Positions 1 through 11,310 of a stretch of 64,000 nucleotides of DNA are shown in pieces. Location of the stretch: positions 16,244,001 through 16,308,000 of the forward strand of contig OX597839.1 of the NCBI GenBank assembly GCA_951406725.2, read 5' to 3'. The DNA is from Octopus vulgaris (lineage: Eukaryota). The translations under genes were made by a program, and so were the position numbers. Positions within the stretch are counted from its first letter, which is position 1, and every line of letters starts with the position of its first letter. The notes below the pieces were generated by a model that was given only the letters and a program-made list of their open reading frames with translations, searched no databases and was not told the origin of the DNA.

Positions 1-204
1 TTTTTTAAGACAGATAGAGTTCCTTTCTGATAGATTTTTTTCTCTTATCAGATAAGAGAAAAAAATCTATCAGAAAGGAACTATCTGTCTTAAAAAATAT
101 CTTTTGATAAGCATAACAAATGCGCAACCGGTAAAAAGAACTTTCACCTAATTAAATACACTCTCCCTTACTTAAATTATTTTGTCAGCATTTTCTTCAT
201 TTCC

Positions 205-209
<5 letters not shown>
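1..209. repeat. Long palindrome centred at nt 50, cut by the window edge (full copy at 35965-36284)
   Basis: ...TTTTTTTCTCTTATC-A-GATAAGAGAAAAAAA...; arms are reverse complements apart from a 2-bp indel. Confidence 0.9.
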
Positions 210-249
<40 letters not shown>

Positions 250-262
250 ATATATATGTATG

Positions 263-314
<52 letters not shown>

Positions 315-358
315 TGTATGCATATATAAGTATGTATATATATATATATATGTATATG

Positions 359-399
<41 letters not shown>

Positions 400-535
400 G
401 TATGTGTATATATACATGTGTGTATATATATAGTTAATCCAAACAAGAAAACACAAAAAAACAACATATGTATATATATATATATATGTGTGTATATATG
501 TATATATATATGTCTATGTATATATATGTATATAT

Positions 536-2006
536 AGAAAAGGTGTAGGTAGAAACTCTATAAGATGCACCCAGTGTAAGCTATGGACACATAAGAGGTG
601 CTGCAATGTCAAAGGAAGGCTAACTGGGAAGATAGTTTTTGTATGTGGCAGATGCTCAGGATCAACAATCTCTGAAAATCTGCAGAAAACAACTTCCGTC
701 ACTTTCCAGGGGGAAAAACTAGAAGTAGTTGATAGCTTCCGTTATCTAGGTGACCAAGTCAGTAGTGGGGGTGGGTGCATTGAAAGTGTAACTGCTAGAG
801 TAAGAATAGCCTGGGCAAAGTTTAGGGAGCTCTTACCTCTGCTGGTGACTAAAGACCTCTCGCTCAGAGTAAAAGGCAGACTGTATGATGCGTGTGTACG
901 AACAGCCATGCTACATGGCAGTGAAACATGGGCCGTGACTGCTGAGGACATGCGTAAGCTCGCGAGGAATGAAGCCAGTATGCTCCGATGGATGTGTAAT
1001 GTCAGTGTTCATACTCGACAGAGCGTTAGTACCCTGAGAGAAATGTTGGACCTAAGAAGCATCAGTTGTGGTGTGCAAGAGAGACGATTGCGCTGATATG
1101 GTCATGTGGCGAGAATGGATGAAGATAGGTGTGTGAAAAAGTGCCAATCCCTAGCAGTTGAGGGAACCCGTGGAAGAGGTAGACCCAGGAAAACCTGGGA
1201 CGAGGTGGTGAAGCACGACCTTCGAACCTTGGGTCTCACTGAGGAAATGACCAGCGACCGAGAACTTTGGAAATATGCTGTGCGTGAGAAGACCAGGCAG
1301 GACAAGTGAGTCCAGCCTGCTTATGCATGCCTTTCCCCCTTGGACACACAAAGACCTGTTGAGGCAAGTGAAGTCGATATCGAACCTCATCCGACGACAG
1401 GCACCTATGGCAACCCCCTTGCTTGCGAAGACCTGTTGGGGCAAGTGAAATCGAAATCGAAATTGAACCAATCCTATGACTAGCACCTGGCAGATGCCAG
1501 GGCCCTGGGACTGGAGGTACGTAAAAAGCACTATCCGAATTGTGGCCGATGCCAGCGCCGCCTCGACTGGCTTCCGTGTCAGTGGCATGTGAAAAGCTCC
1601 ATCCGAATCGTAGCCGAAGCCAGTGCCGCCTCGACTGGCTTCCATAAAATGCACCATCCGAATTGTGGCCGATGCCAGCGCCACCTCGACTGGCTTCCGT
1701 GTCGGTGGCACGTAAAAAGCACCATCCGAATCGTAGCCGAAGCCAGTGCCGCCTTGACTGGCTTCCATAAAATGCACCAATCCGACCGTGGCCGATGCCA
1801 GCCTCGCCTGGCACCAGTGCAGGTGGCATGTAAAAAGCACCCACTACACTCACGGAGTGGTTGGCGTTAGGAAGGGCATCCAGCTGTAGAAATTTTGCCA
1901 GATAAGACTGGAGCCTGGTGCAGCCTTCTGGCTTCCCAGATCCCCGGTCGAACCGTCCAACCCATGCTAGCATGGAGAACAGACGTTAAACGATGATGAT
2001 GATGAT
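536..2006 (+). mobile_element. 5'-truncated RTE-clade LINE (ORF2 C-terminus, tandem-repeat 3' UTR, (GAT)n tail) inserted in (TA)n
   Basis: ORF 488-1096 contains VDSFRYLG and VKGRLYDACVRTAMLHGSETW; in-frame TGA at 1094; GRGRPRKTW follows; ends GACGTTAAACGATGATGAT. Confidence 0.92.
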
Positions 2007-2021
2007 ATATGTCTATGTATA

Positions 2022-2065
<44 letters not shown>

Positions 2066-2071
2066 TATAAA

Positions 2072-3050
2072 TCCTTAAAAATGTTTCAGCCCAAAGGCTG
2101 CGGCCATGCTGGGGCACCACCATTGACTGAGCTACACTTGTATGTGAAACCACCTCTGATACGTGGCATTTGATCAACAAGGGAGTTTGATCCCGCTGCC
2201 CACATCTGTGTTTCCTCCCGAGAGGTAGGTTCATCTGGGATCCCTGACAAGAAGAGATCCAGTTTAGTTTTAAAGAAACCCACATCCACACCATGCAGGT
2301 TGTTCAGGCATTTAGGAAGGATATTGAAGAGCTGTGGTCCTCTGAAACCCAAGCTGTTGCAGTATCTGGTCCTGTATTTCAATGGTGATGTTGGGAACTT
2401 TGCCCCGTTCTACGGATGGGGTAATTTTGAATGCCAATGTTTGGGACAAGACCCTCCAGGATTTTCCAGATGTATATCACCGCATATCTCTCCCACCTTC
2501 GCTCCAGGGAGAAGAGTTTTAATACTTTCAGTCTTTCCCAGTAGCTGATATGTTGCATTGTATTGTGTGGTGACCATAGTTGGGAGCAGTAATCCAAGTG
2601 GTTGAGGATGAATGTCTTCCAAAGGACCATCAGTGTCTCCTCTCTTGTTCTGAAAGTTCGGAGAATCCATCCAGTTAGCCATCTGCATTTTATTACCAAA
2701 TTAGTAATATGCACTTGGAAAGATGCATCATTGCTCATGTCAATGCCCAGGTCACGCACTGATTTTGACTCAGGGATTGCAATTCTTCTCGAGCCAGTGT
2801 ATCCGGTCTGCATGTCGTTTACCTTTGTGTGCTGGTAGCGCAGGGCCTGGAACTTCCCTGCATTAAACTGCATGTTGTTGTCCTCAGCCCACCTGTATAT
2901 TGTATCCAACTCCTGTTGCAGATGTGCAATATTTCCAGGGTTTCGTATTGTGTGGGAGACTTTTGTGTCATCTGCATAGCTAGCAAGGGTGGCCATCTTA
3001 GTAACAGAGGGCATGACTGAAAGGGCCATTATGAACAGCAGTGGCCCCAA
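2072..3050 (-). mobile_element. 5'-truncated CR1-group LINE (RT C-terminal half and 3' end)
   Basis: ORF 2379-3113(-): [40 protein letters not shown]; ORF 2086-2382 continues with GPQLFNILP and FKTKLDLFL. Confidence 0.88.
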
Positions 3051-3082
3051 GATATATATATATGTATATACATATGTATATG

Positions 3083-3117
<35 letters not shown>

Positions 3118-3118
3118 G

Positions 3119-3157
<39 letters not shown>

Positions 3158-3197
3158 ATATATATACAAATGTATATATATATATATATATATATAG

Positions 3198-4048
3198 GTG
3201 AGAAAGTTGGTGTGTGAAAGCACGTGGTTGAATATATAGAAAATAGTAAAAAGTGAAAAAAACTACAGAAGGTTTGTTTTAGAAGGTTAAAAAATATATA
3301 TTTGAGTCAATATGTCTGAAGAATGTTATAAATTTTTTTCATACAATGACATAGTTTTTGAAGAAAGACCTGCTAGAAGGATCAGAATTCCTCTTCAAAG
3401 AGGGACAGAAATTCAAGATCAAATCTAATTTTACTTGTGCCTCTGAAAACATAATTTATGTCATAAAATGCTCGGGCTGCCACCAAAACTACGTGGGGTC
3501 CATGGGACTATCACTCAGACGTAGATGCACACTGCATCGACAACAGATTGCATTCCCAGAATACAGAATGATACCCTTTAGTGAGCACATTGAGAAATGC
3601 GCAAAGCAACTACTACCACAATTTTTAATCTTTCCATTTTACCAATGTGCTATCAGAACACCAACACAAATTAGACTAAACAAGGAAACATCTTCATTGA
3701 AAAATACAAGCCCAAACTTAACCATTCCAACATTCTTATACAGAGAAACTCACTCCAAAAGAAAGGCAAGAAATATTAAGCGATTATCTCCCTTACACCG
3801 GAAGAAATCACTTATTACCTCCCCTTATCTGGAACTCTCTTTCACTCTCCTTCACACTTCTCAACGTAAACATAACGATGTAAGAAATTTGAAAAGCTGA
3901 ACGCGAAACCAGTCTTTCTTCAAAAACTATGTCATTGTATGAAAAAAATTTATAACATTCTTCAGACATATTGACTCAAATATATATTTTTTAACCTTCT
4001 AAAACAAACCTTCTGTAGTTTTTTCACTTTTTACTATTTTCTATATAT
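3198..4048 (+). mobile_element. Penelope-like element remnant: GIY-YIG endonuclease fragment flanked by inverted pseudo-LTR
   Basis: ORF 3358-3900 FTCASENIIYVIKCSGCHQNYVG...LRRRCTLH is a PLE-type GIY-YIG; 3232-3369 is the reverse complement of 3912-4048; sits in (TA)n. Confidence 0.85.
3882..3920 (+). ncRNA. Degenerate minimal type I hammerhead-ribozyme-like motif in the Penelope pLTR
   Basis: AAGAAA-t-TTGAAAA-GC-tgaac-GC-GAAA-CCAG-TC-TTTCTT; topology fits but the core departs from CUGANGA. Confidence 0.4.
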
Positions 4049-4483
4049 ATATATATATACAAATGTATATATATATATATATGTACAGACTTTCTGATAC
4101 CCAAAGTCTTGTAAGCATCTTCTCTAATGCATTGCGACCACTTTCCAGTCAGACTTTCCTCTCACTGGCAATTCATGTCCAGTGGTTACAATCGATGGTC
4201 TCCCATTGTATGGTTTTTGTCTTCAATGCTGGTTTTCCTTTCTTTAAACTTCTCCTATCTGAGCACATTACTCTTGACAATTGCATCATCTTAAACAAAC
4301 TAGACTTCTGTGGCTGTCAGAGAGTCTGTATTCTCACAACAGCAACCACCATCAGCAATAGAAGCATGTATATAAAACGTACATAGATTGTCAAATCCAT
4401 TCACATATAGCCACATCTATGATGGATGTTAAACGATGATATATATACATAGGTTTGGAAGAACAAACAGGAAGAACAAACAA

Positions 4484-4660
4484 AATGTCTTGTTTTCATA
4501 AGTTTTGAATTGAAATCTTCCACCAAACCTTAGTCACAATTTATGTTGCTAACACTAGCTTAATGATAACTAAGTTATTTTACTAAATTCTGTGTTATAT
4601 TTAAAGTAATTGAAAGAAACACAAAGCATCTCAAAATAAATACAGTAATGAAAGGGTTAA
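4484..4660. mobile_element. Truncated piggyBac-like MITE end (...AAAGGGTTAA)
   Basis: Ends GGG-TTAA; related sequence at 25560-25740 and, inverted, at about 12585-12800; cut at the duplication junction. Confidence 0.5.
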
Positions 4661-4839
4661 GAAAATGCATTTAATCATGACAATGCCATTTTAAATGAGA
4701 AGGTTTACATTTTTAGTATTTATAGCCCATGTTTTGTTAGTGGAATGCGGCTTTTCAGAAACATAATCCATGCTATCATGAAAAAAAAATGATAATAAAC
4801 GGAAATGATGTCAGTAGCATTGATATTTTCTATTTAGGC

Positions 4840-4985
4840 TCAGGCATGGCTGTGTAATAAGAAGTTTGTTTTCCAACTATATGGTTGTTGGTTCAAACCT
4901 GCTGCATGCCACATTAGAAAAGTGTCTTCCATTTTAGCCTTTGTGAGTGGATTTGGTGGATGGAAACTGAAAGAAACCTGTCATA
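4840..4985 (+). mobile_element. Degraded tRNA-derived SINE (family 1) head
   Basis: GGCATGGCTGTGT...GGTTCAAACC...TTGTGAGTGGATTTGGTGGATGGAAACTGAAAGAA matches other copies in the window. Confidence 0.7.
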
Positions 4986-4989
4986 TATA

Positions 4990-5209
4990 CAAATGGCGTT
5001 GTTGAAGAATTCCTGGCTTTGAGTAAAAAAAAATCAAGGAGGATCAGTTAATTATGATCTTATTCATCATATTCCCCTCTCAGATTCACCAACTTATTGC
5101 AGTGGTCCTTCAGTTTTTCTAAACCCTATAAAAGAACTCAAATGGTTGGGCCTCCAACCAGGCCTTTCGCAAAACCCTTAAAGCCAGGAACTTTTCAACA
5201 CCTCTTCGT
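4990..5209. mobile_element. Mariner-type MITE
   Basis: TIR-like ends GTTGAAGAATTCCTGGCTTT / AAAGCCAGGAACTTTTCAAC; same family at 13645-13845 and 48713-49290. Confidence 0.7.
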
Positions 5210-5268
5210 GTATATATACATACATATATTGTACACATATATAGATGTATGTGTGTGTATTTGTATAC

Positions 5269-5299
<31 letters not shown>

Positions 5300-5840
5300 C
5301 ATATATAGATGTATGTGTGTGTATGTGTATATATATATATATATATATATGTTTGTGTCTCCTTGACTGACATGGATTGCCTAATAGTTTTAAAATGATT
5401 ATCACTGTCATACAAGCAGTGTTGCTCATATCCAGTATTCTACGAGAACATACCTGGCTATTGCGAAATATTACCTTGCTTAGAAACAGGGAAGGGCAGT
5501 AGGCTGTAGAAAATCTACCTCAAATAAACTCCATCTGACCCACATTTCTCATGTTAACCTTAAGATATTTCATGGAACTGATTCATTTCATAGAATTAAT
5601 CATCTTGTATTGGTTTTTACATTTTGTAATTATATTCTTGATAAATATTTTTCTTTATCTGTACTATAATAATAAAAAAAAGCTGCTTATTAATTCCATT
5701 ATCCTTTCATATTTATTGAGCGTTTTGAAGAAGAGAAGTGGTTTTAATTTACTTACATCAGTTGTACCAAATATAAACTTGCATAGATAATGGACTTTAT
5801 GGTTTTACTTATTTATTAAAAAAATGTTTTTCTTTGTCAG

Positions 5841-6016
5841 GTCAATCAGTTGCAATGTTCAATGTCGGTTCAGGAAGTACAGCCCCGAAAATGAGATCCA
5901 ATTTGTATGATTTTTTTCTGCTTCGGGATATATAAGTGCAGGATCAAAAATAAAAGAAAAACGAAGACGGAAGTGTACAAATATAGACTTGAAAACGAAT
6001 TAGTTATTTTAATAAA
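5841..6016 (+). other. Possible terminal exon of an upstream gene
   Basis: Acceptor-like TTTTTCTTTGTCAG at 5840, short non-repetitive open frames, AATAAA at about 5949 and 6011; no recognisable domain. Confidence 0.2.
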
Positions 6017-7069
6017 TGTCACTGTGATAGATTTGCTATCATTTTCAACAGAATTATTTAATTAACTTATGCATCGTAGAAAATAAGACATTTCTTAATC
6101 AAATTAATTCGAATCTTTTAGATTCGTATAAAAGTAATTGCAAGTTGATAGTTCTTTTCCAAAAGTAAACAGCATATTATTTGAAAGTTTACGGGAAAGA
6201 AATTTGATTTTATGAACTGAATTGTACGTATGTTTCGTCAAACAGTATCATTTAGTTAAATAGCGAAGGTTGCATCGTTGAAAGTAAGACTTTTCTTATT
6301 AAAAAGAAAAAAAGAAGCCCATGGGCGGCAAAAAATAATATACCCCTGTTCACTACCCGTCGTCCACACACACACGGATCTTTTCGGTTTGAACTGCAGT
6401 TTTTAACATAATTTCTAGGTAATTAAAAAATGTTAAACTTCGTATACTGGTAGAATGTGTTTATAAAACATCTTTTTCTCTTGGCTTTATTGAGAAAATT
6501 CTATAGTTTGTAAGATAGTTGTTGTTTTTTATTTTTCAATTTCTGCAATTTAAAAAAAACAAAAAACATTATAACAAAGGTTTCGACATTTATTGCCAAT
6601 AGCGGAATCCCTGCAAAACCCTCAATCTCGCCCTCAATCACAAAGGACAGGTGCCCTCCTCCATCTTTCGTTGACCCTCCTGACGCATGCTCAAAGTAAG
6701 GCCATTTATGAGTAATGTCTGTCGTATGGCATCCGTGTAGTTTCTACGCCTTATGTTCTTACTGCATCGCTTTAATTATATCTTAGGAAGAAAGTATCAA
6801 CAGATGTTTCATATAATTGCAAGTAACACGACACCACTTTCAATGCTAATATTTATTCGGTACTTATATACACCACAGGCCCGGACATAAACATTTTTTT
6901 GATATATAAAAGTTATTAAGTATAAAATTGAATAGAAATAGGGATATAGAAAAAAAATAATTCTTGAAAATATTATAAAATAAATTATTATTATAAATAT
7001 AAATATTATTATTATTATAAAATAAATTCCTGAAAATATTTTTGTTAAGGAGATTTTGTTAAAAAGACA

Positions 7070-7140
7070 GGGTGGGCGTGTCGAAACTAAACCGTTGGGA
7101 GATTCACACGAATTATAGGCCAGAGAAAATTATGCAACTA
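7070..7140 (+). promoter_or_regulatory. Putative proximal promoter of gene A (GC box, IRF-like, kappaB-like and C/EBP-like motifs)
   Basis: GGGTGGGCGTG (7070), GAAACTAAAC (7083), GGGAGATTCA (7097), TTATGCAA (7130), 110-180 bp before the 7250 donor; motif matches only. Confidence 0.3.
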
Positions 7141-7250
7141 TTTATTTAGCCTGTGACAAAAATCAAGTGTTAATATCTGAAGAAGGAAGTCTAAAGACAT
7201 CATTGAATTTAATTTTCTTTGTGTTACCGGCTATAAATATCTCCTTTCAG
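7141..7250 (+). other. Gene A putative non-coding exon 1 (start uncertain)
   Basis: Donor AAATATCTCCTTTCAG|GTAAAT resembles gene B AAATATTCTCCTTTTTTAG|GTAAAT at 45866. Confidence 0.5.
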
Positions 7251-8459
7251 GTAAATATATTTTTTATTTTAAATTTCTCATATATAGCAAAGAATTTATG
7301 GCCGACTTTTGTTTCCTTATAACAACTTCCAGAAAAATATATAAATTGTAATGAAATTTTCTACAAATAATTTTTCTGTGGGTGACAAGAGGGGGTTCGG
7401 AAAATTCAACCGTGCTATCTTTGTTTCATAACTTTGAGAAGAATAAGTATTTTTAAATGAAATTTTCTATAAATACTTTTCAGAGTGTTTAAATTAGGAT
7501 TAGATCAGAATTTGATTTAATGTATACACACACGCGTATACATACTGACCCGCATCACAAATTTTTTTTTCTGAAATTTCAAGTTCCATTTTGTAGTTAT
7601 ATGTAATGTGTGTCGTTATATATGTGTACGATCCCACCAAATTCATGTTTTCATATTAAACTCCAGCAATCTTACGGTTCTAGTAAGATTGCCTAAATTC
7701 CTCTATAATAATAATAATATTCTACTCACCCTGAAAGGTATTTACAGAAAATTTCATAAAAAATTTATCCGTTTTTTTTGTTTGTTTTTTGAAAGTATCT
7801 TGTGTGAATTTTACGTAACTCCTTACCCGACCCTCAAAAGAATTTTTTTGCCCCACATATTTCTTCGATATAGTCAGAATCTACACTATCCGAAGCCTAT
7901 TTACAGCATATTACGAGGTCACAGTACTTGATTCCACGCAAAAAATCAGAGTTCTTTTTTGTGTGAAAATTCTGGGGAGGGGGCTTTCCCCCCTCCGGAC
8001 CAATTCCGAACCAAAATATGGGATTTGCAGCATATTAGGAGGTCAGGGTACTTGATTCCACGCAAAAAATCCGAGTTTTTTTTTTTTTTCTTAGTGAAAA
8101 TCGTGCGGGTGTTAATCTGTAATTTTACCGAAAATTTTATTAAAAAATATCCATTTTCTGGAAGTTATGAAGCAACAAAGTCGGGGGGGGGGGCACACTT
8201 CTGTTGGAATGGCCAATTTATGTCCATTAAAAACAAAAAAGAACTTATAAACTTATGGAACTCCAACCAAATATATTGAGTCCTTTCTTTCGTCGCTATT
8301 CATGACCTCATTAACGAAAGACAACGAAGGAACATAAGGAAAACAGTAAAAAAAAAACGTACAAAGGATGTGGACACGTTCATCCTCATCAGTTTTCTAC
8401 CCAAACCTCCTCTCAATTTCGATGTATGCATGCAAGGTCCACTACATATATATATACGC

Positions 8460-8615
8460 ACACACACTCACACACATACGACCGGCTTCGTTTAGTTTGT
8501 GCCGACTAAATCCACTCACAAGGCTTTGGTTGGCCTGAAATTATAGAAGACACTTGCCCACGGTGTCATGCAGTGAGACTGAACCCCGAACCGTGTGGTT
8601 GGGAAGTAAGCTGCA
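8460..8615 (-). mobile_element. SINE family 1 fragment
   Basis: AAATCCACTCACAAGGCTTTGGTTGGCC...GAAGACACTTGCCC matches other copies. Confidence 0.75.
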
Positions 8616-8826
8616 CAAATTTTAACAACAAAATCGTATGGACCCCAGTTGAAAATCCCTTGTTTAGAGAATTCTTAGTTGGTTGGGATATTGTTATTGT
8701 TGAGCTTCAGGTAGGCTCTGATCTGAAATATTTGTTATATTTATGATAAAAACAAGTTCTCCCCAACCCTCTCTCTCTCTAACTCTTTCCCTACACAGCA
8801 TTTTTAGTGTGCCTTTTTTTTTCCAG

Positions 8827-9316
8827 ATCAATCAAGATTCTAAAAATAGAACCCTTGTAATAATAATAATAATAAAATGGCAATGGATGGCAATACGGAG
8901 CTACACTGGGCCTGTCGTCGTGGACAGAGTGACAAAGTTGCAGAGTTGCTAGAGTTAGGACTTGCTGTCAACGCGATGGCTATGGATGGTAATACACCAC
9001 TTCATTGGGCCTGTCGTGAAGGATACTATGATATGGTCAATGTTTTACTCGCATTTGGAGCAGATGTCAATTTGGTGGCCAATGATGGCTACACACCCTT
9101 ACATTGGGCCTGTCGGGGTGGATTCAGTCATATAGTAGACGTTTTACTTACATGTAAACCTGATGTGAATGCCTTGACGAGGGAAAATTACACAGCTTTG
9201 CACTGGGCCTGTCGGAGTGGAAACTGCGACACAATAACTGCATTAATGAAATCTAAGCCTGAAATCAATACAGTGGCTTTGGATGGTAACACACCTTTAC
9301 ATCTGGCAGTTTCAAG
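8827..9316 (+). CDS. Gene A ankyrin-array exon (ATG at 8877; 5 TPLH-type repeats)
   Basis: Acceptor TTTTCCAG|ATC; GNTELHWACR, GNTPLHWACR, GYTPLHWACR, YTALHWACR, GNTPLHLAV; donor AG|GTAAGT. Confidence 0.92.
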
Positions 9317-11277
9317 GTAAGTTAAGAATGATCTGGAAGATCCATATCTGATTGTTTGTTTTTTCTTTCTTTTAACTGTTCAATAATGTTGGGAAGAGTT
9401 TCATAGGACGCAGATATAGGTTGGATTTTCTCCGTTTTAACGGAGATTTCCCAATTTTGTTTTCACCACAGCCTTGGAAAATAATGGGCCATCTTTTATT
9501 TACACTACGCATTTAAAAACCATAGTAAAAGGCCTTTTCGGTAAAAAAAAAAATTCCAAATGAAAACGTGTGATTTAAGGGAGATTGGGCTGTTGTTTCT
9601 AGCACATCCCACGGCCACCTTCATCATTTCTTTATCTCTCACATGTATCGATGTTTTTCACTATCTTTCTCTCGCCACCCTCACCATCCCGAAAAAAAAA
9701 TTGGGAAAAATCCCCGTCAAAATGGAGAAAATCCAACTTATGTTGCCGTCCTGATCCGACACTTCGCCAATATTAATTTGTCATAATCCTATCATGGACT
9801 ATATTTCTAAGTAATGAAACATATACTTAAGGTCTTTGTAATAAGTAAAAAATAATGTATACTTGGTGAATCTTCTTTGTTACTTTTAAAGTTCAAATTT
9901 CGTTTATTTCTTTTAACTTTTCAATCATGTTTGTTTATATTGATTTGTTATAATTCCATCATAGGTTATATTTTTAAGGGCGCTCCTTCGGTATAGGTAC
10001 CGTAAGTGGCTTTGTTTACATTTCTGAAGATAACAGAAACCCTTTTCTTCCACCTCTAACCCTAAGACAAACCCTTACCCTCCTCCCCCCCATATATAAA
10101 AAAACTTTCTTGAAATGTATCCGGTACTTCCGGTACCTATACCGAAGTTACGCCTTTTTAAGTAACGGAAAGACATTCAGGATCTTCGTTACTGTTAAAG
10201 TCCCAATTTCGGCTCCCTTTGAGCGTAACAGGTTAACCGAAAAACTTGCCTAAGAGACGGGGGCAGGTTTTCTTCTCTGATGAACTGTTCTTGGACTTAT
10301 CTAGCAGTGATTATCTCCCTTACATTAATTCCCACCATGACCGCCATTATTGTCTGTGTCGATGTTGGCTTCTCATTAGATTCTTTTCACTTCATCTCAT
10401 CTATATCTTCGCCTGTTACAGTATCAAATACTCACCTTACAGCAATTCCTTATAAAACTTTACATTTCTCTCTTGTAATGTGTTAAAACAGTAACCATCG
10501 ACGCTGAATACCTCGCAGTATATTCTGGTTCGTTTCTTTTATGTTTCTTGTTCAAATCTTGCATTTCATCTTTTTTTGAAATTCATTTTTCCATGTTTGG
10601 AAAATTCCATTCAGATGAAATTCTTTGAAGCGGATTTTTTATAGCTGGATGCCTTGTCTCTAACCAATCGTCCTTCGGAAAGACTTCTTGTTGTGCCCCA
10701 CGATGAGAAAGTAATAAAAATCGAGAATTTCTATTAAAAACTTCATTTCTGTATTACGTATATTCATGCCTAAAAGTTAGGCAAATTGGGACATGAATAT
10801 ACATACTCGGTACTATTTAAGAAGAGTGGTCCCGGTGCGCGTACTCGCGCATCCCCGCTAGCTACATACTCCTTACTCTTTTACTTGTGTCAATCATTTG
10901 ACTGTGGCCATGCTGGAGCACCGCCTTTAGTCGAGCAAATCGACCCCAAGACTTATTCGGTACTACTTAAGAAGAGTGGTCCCGGTGCGCGCACTCGCTA
11001 GCTTGTCGATCTTTTGTGTTTTTGTTTTATTTACTTTAAAAAATTATTTTGCGTTTTATTTACTTTGCTAGGTAGTCGTTGTAGGATCGACTAGTCACGA
11101 CTAGCTAGCGCGGATGCGGGCACCGGGACCATTTTTCTTAAGTAGTACCGACTTATTCTTTCTAAGCCTAGTACTTATTCTATCGATCCCTGTTGCCGAA
11201 TCGCTTAGTTACGGGGGAGGTAAACACCAGCATTGGTTGTCAAGCGATGGCGGGGGGGAACGCAGACACACAAACAT

Positions 11278-11310
<33 letters not shown>

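Larger units (their letters stand above)
1..4472. repeat. Segmental duplication copy A (right part; continues upstream of the window), near-identical to 36076-40874
   Basis: Same ordered content as copy B: palindrome, RTE 3' end, CR1-like fragment, GIY-YIG element, unique flank. ORFs 488/36617 and 3358/39688 are near-identical or identical. Similarity ends at GAACAAACAGGA. Confidence 0.95.

Noticed and set aside
1151-1973. 229 and 245 aa minus-strand ORFs with internal repeats (also 37280-38102); the repeat array could be mistaken for CRISPR
   Set aside because: Antisense to the GC-rich tandem-repeat 3' UTR of an RTE LINE; no unique spacers, no cas genes, eukaryotic context
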